Origin: a virus
Lineage: Duplodnaviria; Caudoviricetes
IMG/VR virus record: IMGVR_UViG_2923682817_000001
Location: 41,522-105,521 of that record
DNA: 64,000 nt
Strand: one strand, 5' to 3'
This document shows, one piece after another, positions 9,373-16,930 of this stretch. Every line of letters starts with the position of its first letter. Position 1 is the first letter of the stretch. Under the pieces are notes generated by a model. It did not search any database. It was not told the origin of the DNA and saw only the letters and a program-made list of their open reading frames with translations. The translations under genes were made by a program, and so were the position numbers.

Positions 9373-9464
9373 TGGGTCTGTCCGGGGACAAGCGGGCAGC
9401 TGCTCGCCGGTCCTCGCGTGGATCCACCCACGCCACCACCACGCACCACCGAAGGGAATCCGAC

Positions 9465-10058
9465 ATGAGTTGGTACCAGGATCAGGCGGCCATGCTGCAG
9501 CTCGCCCACGACATCGCCGAGCACCTGAAAGACTTCACGGTCGAGCTGTACCCCGTGCCCTTTGACGGCCACAGCAAGATCAGTCTTGTAAACGGAGCGT
9601 TCCGCCTCGTGCTCCACCAGGACAGCGCGATGCACCGGAAGGGCAAGGTCACGTTCCTGACCGACTTGCCCTATGGCGACAGGGTCAACGACCGTACGGT
9701 TACCTCCCCCGATCTCACCCTGAGCGCTCACCGGACCGGTAAGTCACTCGCCGGCGACATCACCCGGCGCCTGCTTCCCGAATACGTCCAGGCCATGCGC
9801 CAGGCGCGCGAGCAGATCGACGCGGCGCGCAGCCGGCGAGCCGAAACGAAGAACATGGCCCAGGCAATCGCCGCCATGCTGCCTGACGGCTACGCCAGGA
9901 ACAGCGACGACAACGGCACCAACCAGCGCATCACGTGGCGCGGCTCCAAGGGACAGATTGACCTGTGGTCTGGTCGATCCGCGGTGGTCTCTCTGAACGT
10001 CGAGAGTCCCGAATTCCTCACCGAGCTGGTTGAGCTGATCGCCAAGCACTCCGCCTGA
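9465..10058 (+). CDS. Hypothetical protein (MSWYQDQ...)
   Basis: ATG after type-B leader. Confidence 0.75.
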   Translation: MSWYQDQAAMLQLAHDIAEHLKDFTVELYPVPFDGHSKISLVNGAFRLVLHQDSAMHRKGKVTFLTDLPYGDRVNDRTVTSPDLTLSAHRTGKSLAGDITRRLLPEYVQAMRQAREQIDAARSRRAETKNMAQAIAAMLPDGYARNSDDNGTNQRITWRGSKGQIDLWSGRSAVVSLNVESPEFLTELVELIAKHSA

Positions 10059-10149
10059 CGGGTCCTCACCTACCGGGCCGGCGATCCGGTCCGGTAGGTG
10101 AGATGTCCGCCTGGACGAGTCCACCATGCACCACCGAAGGGGATCCGAT

Positions 10150-10503
10150 ATGACCATCAGGGACATGTCCAAGAAAGACCTGGTCCACGTCGCGAACGGC
10201 GCTTTCACTAAGATCTACGAGCAGCGTACGGCCGTCCCCTCCTGGGGATCCGACGGCGCTATGACTAACTCGATGAGGGCCAACAACGAGGGCGACTCCG
10301 CAACCCTCTTCGCCGAATCCCGGACCTCTGGAATCTGGGCGCCGGACATGCGCGCGGAGATCGGCGTGCGGCTGCCGCTGTCCGAGCTGCGCCAGTACAT
10401 TGCCGAGCTGACCGCGATTGCCGACGACCTCGAACAGCAGCAGGAGCAGCGCAAGGCCGATAACCGGGCCTTGATGCGCCTGTGCAACAACGGGAACGGC
10501 TGA
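10150..10503 (+). CDS. Hypothetical protein (MTIRDMSK...)
   Basis: ATG after type-B leader. Confidence 0.75.
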   Translation: MTIRDMSKKDLVHVANGAFTKIYEQRTAVPSWGSDGAMTNSMRANNEGDSATLFAESRTSGIWAPDMRAEIGVRLPLSELRQYIAELTAIADDLEQQQEQRKADNRALMRLCNNGNG

Positions 10504-10504
10504 C

Positions 10505-10852
10505 ATGGCGATCTCGTGGCGCAAGTACCGGAACACTGGTGAGATCTTCGGCCGGGTGTACATCGAGCACCGCTACGGGCTGTACGACTTGGTCAACATC
10601 CTCGCGAAGTACGCTCACGAAAACAACGACGCCGGCCCCTTCGACGAGCTCGACGTCACGAAACCCCTGTCGAAGACGTCGGCGGAGAAGTACATCCGCG
10701 AGCAGCTCCACGAATATGGACATCACGCGTCGTGGCTCTGGCGCGACAACACCGACGAGGACATGATCGAAATGTGCTTCGCGTGGGGTCGCGAAACCGC
10801 GATCCGAATCTGGCCGGAGTTCGCCGACCAGTTCGCCGAGGTGTCCGGGTGA
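10505..10852 (+). CDS. Hypothetical protein (115 aa)
   Basis: ORF abutting the upstream gene. Confidence 0.7.
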   Translation: MAISWRKYRNTGEIFGRVYIEHRYGLYDLVNILAKYAHENNDAGPFDELDVTKPLSKTSAEKYIREQLHEYGHHASWLWRDNTDEDMIEMCFAWGRETAIRIWPEFADQFAEVSG

Positions 10853-10990
10853 AGTCCGATCATCTCTGATCATGGTCGGGCCGATTTTGGTCCGTTGGCG
10901 GATTGTGCCTCGCATCCCAACTGTGTTTGGCGGATTGCGCCCCGTATCCCAATTAGGATGCGGGGCTTTTCGCTGTTCAAAGGTGCTTTT

Positions 10991-11069
10991 AAGGAATATA
11001 TTGTGTTTCATTCCTCACGCTGCCATACTGAGCACACACCACAGCAGTACCGAAGGGAACCCCCGCCCC
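10991..11069 (+). promoter_or_regulatory. Cassette promoter 7 (dyad 10991-11016; TTGTGT-N17-CATACT)
   Basis: AAGGAAT-N12-ATTCCTC, preceded by a gccccg..cggggctttt hairpin. Confidence 0.8.
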
Positions 11070-11300
11070 ATGAGCAAGCACGACATGACCGAGCTCACCA
11101 AGGCCCTTACAGACCAAGGGTTCGAGGTGGTCACCAAAGGCGTCCGACACCCCAAGGTCTACAAGGTGACGACCAACCCCGACGGCGGTGAACGGCGCCG
11201 GCTGATCACTACGCTCCCGTCGTCGTCTTCATCAGGTCGGAACCTGGACAACACACTTCCCTACCTGCGCAGGGCTGGGTTCGTGTGGAAGAACCGCTAA
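11070..11300 (+). CDS. HicA-like toxin (dsRBD fold), 76 aa
   Basis: L.KAL..QGFEV..KG.RHPKVY..ITTLPSS.S..R.L.N...LRRAGF pattern typical of actinobacterial HicA-like proteins. Confidence 0.65.
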   Translation: MSKHDMTELTKALTDQGFEVVTKGVRHPKVYKVTTNPDGGERRRLITTLPSSSSSGRNLDNTLPYLRRAGFVWKNR

Positions 11301-11375
11301 AAGTGACATCCCCCGCCCCGTCCTCAATACTGAGGGCGGGGCTTCCCCGTGCAATAACGACGACGAGGTGACGCG

Positions 11376-11705
11376 ATGGCCGAGAAGCAATGGTCGGTCC
11401 AGGTCGACTGGGGAAACGTCCCCAGCGAGCGCGAGATAGACACCATGCTGGACTACCTGAACGAGCACCGGCCGGACACGCTCCCCGCTCTGGGCATCCT
11501 GGAGAACGGCCTGATGTCGGCTCGGCTGATGATCGCGACCCATGAGGGCTGGGACGCCGAGGCGGCCCTGTCGAGCGCTCGAAGGGCTCTCCAGCGCGCC
11601 CAGGGGGTCAGAGACCTGAGTATCCGACGGGTGGAGGTCATGCCCTGGGCGGAGTTCCTGGAGCGTGAGGAGGCGTTTGCGGACGGGGCGATGATCTCGA
11701 CCTGA
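11376..11705 (+). CDS. Putative HicB-like antitoxin partner
   Basis: Acidic 109-aa ORF directly downstream of the HicA-like gene; ends ..VEVM...EF..R. Confidence 0.45.
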   Translation: MAEKQWSVQVDWGNVPSEREIDTMLDYLNEHRPDTLPALGILENGLMSARLMIATHEGWDAEAALSSARRALQRAQGVRDLSIRRVEVMPWAEFLEREEAFADGAMIST

Positions 11706-11772
11706 CCGGCGCCCTTTAGGCCCCCGTTCCCCCTATGGGATCGGGGGCTTTTTGCTGCTCACAGTCTTTTTT

Positions 11773-11851
11773 GAGGAATGTATTGCGCTGCATTCCTTGT
11801 CGGTGCTACGGTATTCACATCCACCAAGAACAACCGACAAGGAGCCACCAC
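11773..11851 (+). promoter_or_regulatory. Cassette promoter 8 (dyad 11773-11798; TTGCGC-N18-TACGGT; type-A leader)
   Basis: Same architecture, preceded by a gcccccg..cgggggcttttt hairpin. Confidence 0.85.
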
Positions 11852-12115
11852 ATGGCCCGCAACCTTCTCGCCAGCACCGACTACCGGGTGCGCCTTCAGA
11901 TGGCACTCACCCTGCGCGCCGACCGGCTGGCCGACCTTCAGGGCCTTGAGACCGAGCTGACGGAGGCGGCCGACGGCTTCACCCGCGGAATCCTGCGGAC
12001 CCGCATTCGCGCCACGTCCAACCACATCGCGGGCTGGGAGGACTACATCAACGACGGCTGCCCCTACGAGCCGCGCGCCCAGGTCACCCGCTCCACCTAC
12101 CGCCGTACCGCCTGA
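11852..12115 (+). CDS. Hypothetical protein (MARNLLAST..., 87 aa)
   Basis: ATG after type-A leader AAGGAG. Confidence 0.75.
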   Translation: MARNLLASTDYRVRLQMALTLRADRLADLQGLETELTEAADGFTRGILRTRIRATSNHIAGWEDYINDGCPYEPRAQVTRSTYRRTA

Positions 12116-12124
12116 GGGGACGAC

Positions 12125-12292
12125 ATGACCGACGGTGAATTTCCCACGCTCCCCATCCTGTGCCCCGCCTGCTTTTTCAACCTCAAGGACGACGGCTACC
12201 CCAGAGCACACCAGAACGCCACGGACGGGAAGACCTGCTCCTACGAGCTCAGCCCCGCATTGCTGGACTTCTGGTCCGACCCTGACGCCTGA
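12125..12292 (+). CDS. Small CxxC..H..C protein (55 aa)
   Basis: Manual translation MTDGEFPTLPILCPAC..H..C; GAGGG RBS. Confidence 0.6.
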   Translation: MTDGEFPTLPILCPACFFNLKDDGYPRAHQNATDGKTCSYELSPALLDFWSDPDA

Positions 12293-12303
12293 AGGGAGCT
12301 GTT

Positions 12304-12585
12304 ATGCGTACCTGTCTCACCCCTGATCAGTTGGCAAGCCTCGCCGCGCAGGGATTCGCCGAGTCACAGCGCAGCCGCTTCGTTGACCCTGACGCAGTCG
12401 CCAAGTCCAAGCGGATTCTTTGCGAACGCGGAGAGGAATGGGCCGCAAGCGTTCTCATGCGCGACCTTTCCCGCCGGTCTCTCCTGCTTCCCCATCTTCC
12501 GTACCTGGAGAACGGCGAGTTGGAAACGCTCATCCTTGCCGACCGCGCCGAATGGGATCAGCTCGCGGCGCTGGCTCAGGCATAA
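12304..12585 (+). CDS. Hypothetical protein (93 aa)
   Basis: GGGAG RBS; lower GC3 than neighbours. Confidence 0.7.
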   Translation: MRTCLTPDQLASLAAQGFAESQRSRFVDPDAVAKSKRILCERGEEWAASVLMRDLSRRSLLLPHLPYLENGELETLILADRAEWDQLAALAQA

Positions 12586-12614
12586 CCACCCTGAAAATAC
12601 GAGAGGAACCGATC

Positions 12615-12971
12615 ATGGAACAGACCACCGTAGACCAGCAGATTTCCGAGGCCGAGCAGCGTGCGGCGCTGGCCCAGACCCGCGCGGACTGGGAGAAGTT
12701 CGACGGCATCCGCCAGCGGGTGAACGCCATGGACATCATGGTCGACGCCTTGCGCGGCAAGACGGCCGACGGCCCGTGGCTGATCACGGCCGGAGCCATC
12801 CGCGTGAAGGACCTGGAGAAGCTCGTCACCCTGGCCGAAATCGCGCTCCGGGTCCACCGCGAGATCCAGTCGTGCGCGGACCAGCAGATCCCCCTTGAGG
12901 GCCGCGAATCTGAGCTGGCATTCGACCTCTGGAACCGCGTCAACACCTTGAACGCCCAGCAGTCCGAGTAA
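12615..12971 (+). CDS. Hypothetical protein, paralog of the C-terminal half of 13058-13756
   Basis: F.GIR.R.NAM..DLE.L..LAE.A..H..I..AF..W..V..LNA shared. Confidence 0.75.
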   Translation: MEQTTVDQQISEAEQRAALAQTRADWEKFDGIRQRVNAMDIMVDALRGKTADGPWLITAGAIRVKDLEKLVTLAEIALRVHREIQSCADQQIPLEGRESELAFDLWNRVNTLNAQQSE

Positions 12972-13057
12972 CCCTCACCGTAGGCGGGCCGATTTGGTCC
13001 GGTCCGCCTGCGGGCAAGGCCACTCGGCCGAGTCTGTTCGCACTGAAGGGAACCCCC

Positions 13058-13756
13058 GTGAAGAAGTCCGGCATCAAGCCTGGCGAGTTCTACGCCCTGA
13101 ACAATCGCTACAGCACCGACCTGGTACGCGTGATCAATCTCGACCAGCTGGTGGTCAACGTTGACCGGAGCTGGGACCGCACCGTTCGAGCGTGCTTCGA
13201 GACCTCCCGCGACAAGCGGCCGACCCGCTGGAACTACGCGCAGGCCTCGGGATTCGCCGCGGTGAAGCTGGCGAGCGACACCCCCGAGCTGCGCGAGGCC
13301 GCGGCCAAGCTGACCCTTGACGACTTTCTGGCCGCCACGAATTCCGAGCCGGCTGACGGTCTGGAATTCGTGATCGTGACGACCCTGGCCAAGATCCTCG
13401 GCCCGTACACGGAGGTTATGGCCGCCAAGGAGGCCGAGGAGGAGCGGGCGAGGCTTGCCCGCGAGCAGTCCGAGAAGAAGGCCGCGGAAGTGGCTGAACG
13501 GTTCAACGGCATTCGCGGGCGGCTCAACGCGATGGGCGTCACCGTCTTCCCCGAGCGCGTTGGCGGGACCATGTCAGGAAGGGCCTACATGGACGACTTG
13601 GAGCGGCTCGCCGCGCTGGCCGAACTCGCGGTTGATCTGCACACCAAGATTGACCAGGGCGCCGGATCCTTCGAGATGGCGTCGATCGAAGCGCATAGGT
13701 ACGGCGCGGGATACGCGTTTGGGGTCTGGGAGAAGGTCCAGGCTCTGAACGCCTAG
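13058..13756 (+). CDS. Hypothetical protein (paralog family)
   Basis: GTG after leader; similar to both neighbours. Confidence 0.8.
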   Translation: MKKSGIKPGEFYALNNRYSTDLVRVINLDQLVVNVDRSWDRTVRACFETSRDKRPTRWNYAQASGFAAVKLASDTPELREAAAKLTLDDFLAATNSEPADGLEFVIVTTLAKILGPYTEVMAAKEAEEERARLAREQSEKKAAEVAERFNGIRGRLNAMGVTVFPERVGGTMSGRAYMDDLERLAALAELAVDLHTKIDQGAGSFEMASIEAHRYGAGYAFGVWEKVQALNA

Positions 13757-13860
13757 TTGTCCCAGTGGTCCTGTTCGCCGGCGGGCCGATTTGGTCCGAC
13801 CCGCCGGCGGGCAAGGCCGCTCGGCCAGCTCCGCTACGCACCACCGAAGGGAATCCGATC

Positions 13861-14553
13861 ATGAAGCGCTCCGAGATCGTACTTGGCTCCGTCTACGCAC
13901 ACCAGCGCACTGGTGGACACGCTGAACCGATCATGTTCGTGTCGACGAGCTCCATCTACGAGCAGTGCTCGCGCGCTAACTCCCCCGTCGGCGGTGTTTT
14001 CCGCCAGACGAGCGATGTTCGGCCGCGGTCCCGCTACGGCGTCGCCCTGTCCGGCTACCCCGTGGTGCGGCTGATCGTCGACACGCCGGAGAACCGCAAG
14101 CGCGCCGCCGAGGTCTCCATGGAGGACTTCGAGCACGCCACCACGGCTGACCTCGGGGACGGTCTGTGGCTCGATGTCGTGGCCCGTACGCAGCTAATCA
14201 CGGGCCTGTATGACGTGCTGAAGGCCGAGACCGCCGCACGCGACGAGCGCAGCCGGGCCGCCCTCTCAGAGCACGAGGCGAAGGCCGCCGCCAGCCGCCA
14301 GCACTACAACGACACGCGCAACAGCCTGTCCGTCTACGGGGTCAAGCTGCGCGAGCTGAGCCCCTACGACGACGACATCATCACTCACGCGAAGGTCAAG
14401 CTGGAGGACCTGGACAAGCTGCGCGGCATCCTGGACACCGTGCGCAACCTGGAGATGCTCGTCAAGGAGTGGGACACGGGCGGCCAGACGGAAACCGCGG
14501 CTGAGATCGTTCTGATTCTCCGCAACCTGCAGCGCGGTCTCGTCTCCGAGTAG
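13861..14553 (+). CDS. Hypothetical protein (paralog of 13058-13756)
   Basis: MK.S.I..G..YA and DTPE.R..AA.....DF shared. Confidence 0.8.
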   Translation: MKRSEIVLGSVYAHQRTGGHAEPIMFVSTSSIYEQCSRANSPVGGVFRQTSDVRPRSRYGVALSGYPVVRLIVDTPENRKRAAEVSMEDFEHATTADLGDGLWLDVVARTQLITGLYDVLKAETAARDERSRAALSEHEAKAAASRQHYNDTRNSLSVYGVKLRELSPYDDDIITHAKVKLEDLDKLRGILDTVRNLEMLVKEWDTGGQTETAAEIVLILRNLQRGLVSE

Positions 14554-14642
14554 CCATGGTGGGGAGCGGCGCGGAGTAATCTGATCCGTTCCCGGCCACG
14601 GCCGCTCGGCCGATTCCGTTCGCACCGCGCGAGGAGTTTGCG

Positions 14643-15311
14643 ATGTTGATCACTGAACTGATCCCCGAGGGTATGTCGGGACCTGGCCGGCAGACGGTCG
14701 AGCTCGACGGCGTGACGTATGAGCTCGTCGCCTGGGGACATCTCCGTTCCGGCGACCCGGTTAGCTGGGACGTGGTCCGCTTGGCTGGAGAGGATCGCGT
14801 CAGGTTTGCGCACATCATCCAGCACCAGCCGACAGAGCGTGTGTTCGACGTTCGGCCGGTTTCGTGGTTCATGCCCACGGTGACGACCAGCGTGACTGGT
14901 GACCTGGCCGAGATCGTGGCCGAGGTTCGCAAGCACAACGAGGCCGACGACAGGCTGTTTGCCGAGGAGGTAGGCGATCTGCGCGGGTTCGCTGCGCTGG
15001 TCTGGGCGGTCAGGCACTCGCCGATCAAGTCGGAGTTCAGCAAGCGGTACGACACCTACCGGATCCCTGTGTACGACGCGTTGCCACTGGTCTGGGTGAC
15101 TCTGCGGTTCGAGACCGAGTCGCGGACCGTGCCTTACTACGATGCCGAGACGAACGAGATGACGACCAGGCTGCTGGAGTTCGGCCCCAACGGCAAGTAC
15201 ACGGTGCAGGTGCGCAACCCGGAATACCAGGATGAAGACGTCCGGCTGTTCGACGACCCGCGCGAAGCGGTCCGCAGCGCTGCGGAAGCGGCGAACTCTG
15301 CCTACACCTGA
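14643..15311 (+). CDS. Hypothetical protein (222 aa)
   Basis: GAGGAG RBS. Confidence 0.75.
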   Translation: MLITELIPEGMSGPGRQTVELDGVTYELVAWGHLRSGDPVSWDVVRLAGEDRVRFAHIIQHQPTERVFDVRPVSWFMPTVTTSVTGDLAEIVAEVRKHNEADDRLFAEEVGDLRGFAALVWAVRHSPIKSEFSKRYDTYRIPVYDALPLVWVTLRFETESRTVPYYDAETNEMTTRLLEFGPNGKYTVQVRNPEYQDEDVRLFDDPREAVRSAAEAANSAYT

Positions 15312-15322
15312 TCCGGTCATGA

Positions 15323-15356
15323 CGAAGGCCCCCCGGCTTGCGCTGGGGGGCCTTCG
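15323..15356. terminator. Hairpin terminator between convergent blocks
   Basis: cgaaggcccccc-N10-ggggggccttcg perfect 12-bp stem. Confidence 0.8.
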
Positions 15357-15436
15357 CGTTTATCCACCACGGGCGGCACCGAAGGGAATTCCGTACCACC
15401 GCGGCATCAACGGTAGCAGGCTGCCGGACGGTCCGG

Positions 15437-16930
15437 TCAGTCTCCGATCACCTCGGCCTCAACAATGCCGGCGTCAGCGAAGACGTGGTCCGACTGCACC
15501 GGGGCCGCCAGTGCCCGAGCCGATTCCGACGCGTCTTTGCCGAACAGTCTGGCGATCATTCCGGACTGGGCCTGAGCTCGGGACGAGGCCTTGACCGAGA
15601 TGGACAGCGTTTCCGATTCCGACTCGCGGTGCTTGGCGATGCTGCGGTCCCATCCGTCCAGCTCCTTAGTCAGGTTCGGGTCGGCGTATCCGCCTTCCAT
15701 CTGCTCGACCATGTGCATGAACGCGATTCGCTGGAATCTGATGGCTCGGATTGCGTCGTCGGCGGCGTCGATCTGCTCGCGCGTCCGCAACGTGATGGGC
15801 ACCTCATAGGCGCAGCCGGCGTCAGGGCGAAATGCCTTGCAGTGGGAGGCGATATAGCAACTATTGCACTGGCGTAGGGACGTGCCGGCGATGCTCGGCA
15901 GGTTGTCGGTGCGGCTGATCTGCTCGCCGTTTTCTCCCAGCTCAGAGCGTGAAACCTGGCGGAGCGAGAGGCCCGGGAGGAGCTCGCGTTCGCTCTCGTC
16001 GCGGGCGACCGCAGTTGTGGTTTTGGTCCGAGCTTCTGGGGTGTCCATCCCAACTACGGCAGGGGTGGTTTCCCCATTTACGTCCGTGACCGGTTCAGGC
16101 GACATAGTAAGTGTTTTCTTTCGCGAGTTGAGATGTCCGACCAGCTGGCGCCACGACCAGACGGCGACCTTCAGGACCTCGGTGGAGTCGTCGCCCTCGA
16201 ACAGGTCCGTGTCGAATCCCTCACGGTCCAGGTGCGCGCGGTGACGCTTGCGGCCCTGCGCCTTGTAGGCCTTGGGGTAGCGCTTCAACGTGTGGCCGGT
16301 CCAGATCTGGGAGTCGCCGTACTGGGCCGGCGACAGCCAGCTGGTGGATGCGACCGAGTCCCAGGCGATCGACTCCATGAGGTCCGGCTTGGTCATTGCG
16401 ATGCCGTGCAGACGAACCCCGCGGCGGGCGATCCGGTTGAGGACGCCGGCGATGTCTCGGCCGGAGATCGACGTCTGCGGCACCCCGACGCGGCCGTAAG
16501 AGTCCGCCAGGCGCTCCAGCTCGGGCAGGCCGGCGGCTGCGTCCCAGATCGGGAGGAATTTCTCCCCCAGGTCGCCGTAGAAGTCCGATCGCTGGCGCTC
16601 GATCCAGTCCGGTCCCATGGCGCGGGCGTCCAACTCGGAGACCATCTCGACCCTGTCCAGGTTCGCCAGGACGAAAGCCTGATAGCGGTCCGACAGGGTC
16701 TCGATGTCCTCGCGGCTGTAGGAATCCGGTTTGCTGTTGACGGTGTAGGCGCCGGAGTCCAGGAAGACGCGTTGTCCGTCTGGGTATTTGTCGCTGATGA
16801 GCCATGGCCGGGCGAATTTCGTCCGGCGGGACAGACCGACGAAGGACAAGCCAACGTCGGTCACGTCCTGCTCGGCGAGGAGCTTGCGCCAGCCTGGGAT
16901 CTCCGACCCACCGAAGTAGAGGGTCAGCAC
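15437..16930 (-). CDS. TGT/DpdA-fold (queuine tRNA-ribosyltransferase-like) protein with C-terminal Cys cluster
   Basis: VFLDSGAYT, ELD, LHGIAMT, WDSVASTSW; CNSCYIASHC..C. Confidence 0.6.
   Translation of the reverse strand: MLTLYFGGSEIPGWRKLLAEQDVTDVGLSFVGLSRRTKFARPWLISDKYPDGQRVFLDSGAYTVNSKPDSYSREDIETLSDRYQAFVLANLDRVEMVSELDARAMGPDWIERQRSDFYGDLGEKFLPIWDAAAGLPELERLADSYGRVGVPQTSISGRDIAGVLNRIARRGVRLHGIAMTKPDLMESIAWDSVASTSWLSPAQYGDSQIWTGHTLKRYPKAYKAQGRKRHRAHLDREGFDTDLFEGDDSTEVLKVAVWSWRQLVGHLNSRKKTLTMSPEPVTDVNGETTPAVVGMDTPEARTKTTTAVARDESERELLPGLSLRQVSRSELGENGEQISRTDNLPSIAGTSLRQCNSCYIASHCKAFRPDAGCAYEVPITLRTREQIDAADDAIRAIRFQRIAFMHMVEQMEGGYADPNLTKELDGWDRSIAKHRESESETLSISVKASSRAQAQSGMIARLFGKDASESARALAAPVQSDHVFADAGIVEAEVIGD

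Noticed and set aside
555-15400. Repeats as a CRISPR array or integron attC sites
   Set aside because: Spacing is gene-sized and irregular, the repeats coincide with promoters and RBSs, and I saw no RYYYAAC/GTTRRRY cores and no cas1 or integrase in the window
15437-16930. Complete 7-deazaguanine DNA modification pathway
   Set aside because: No folE/queC/queD/queE in the window and the presumed nucleophile appears substituted
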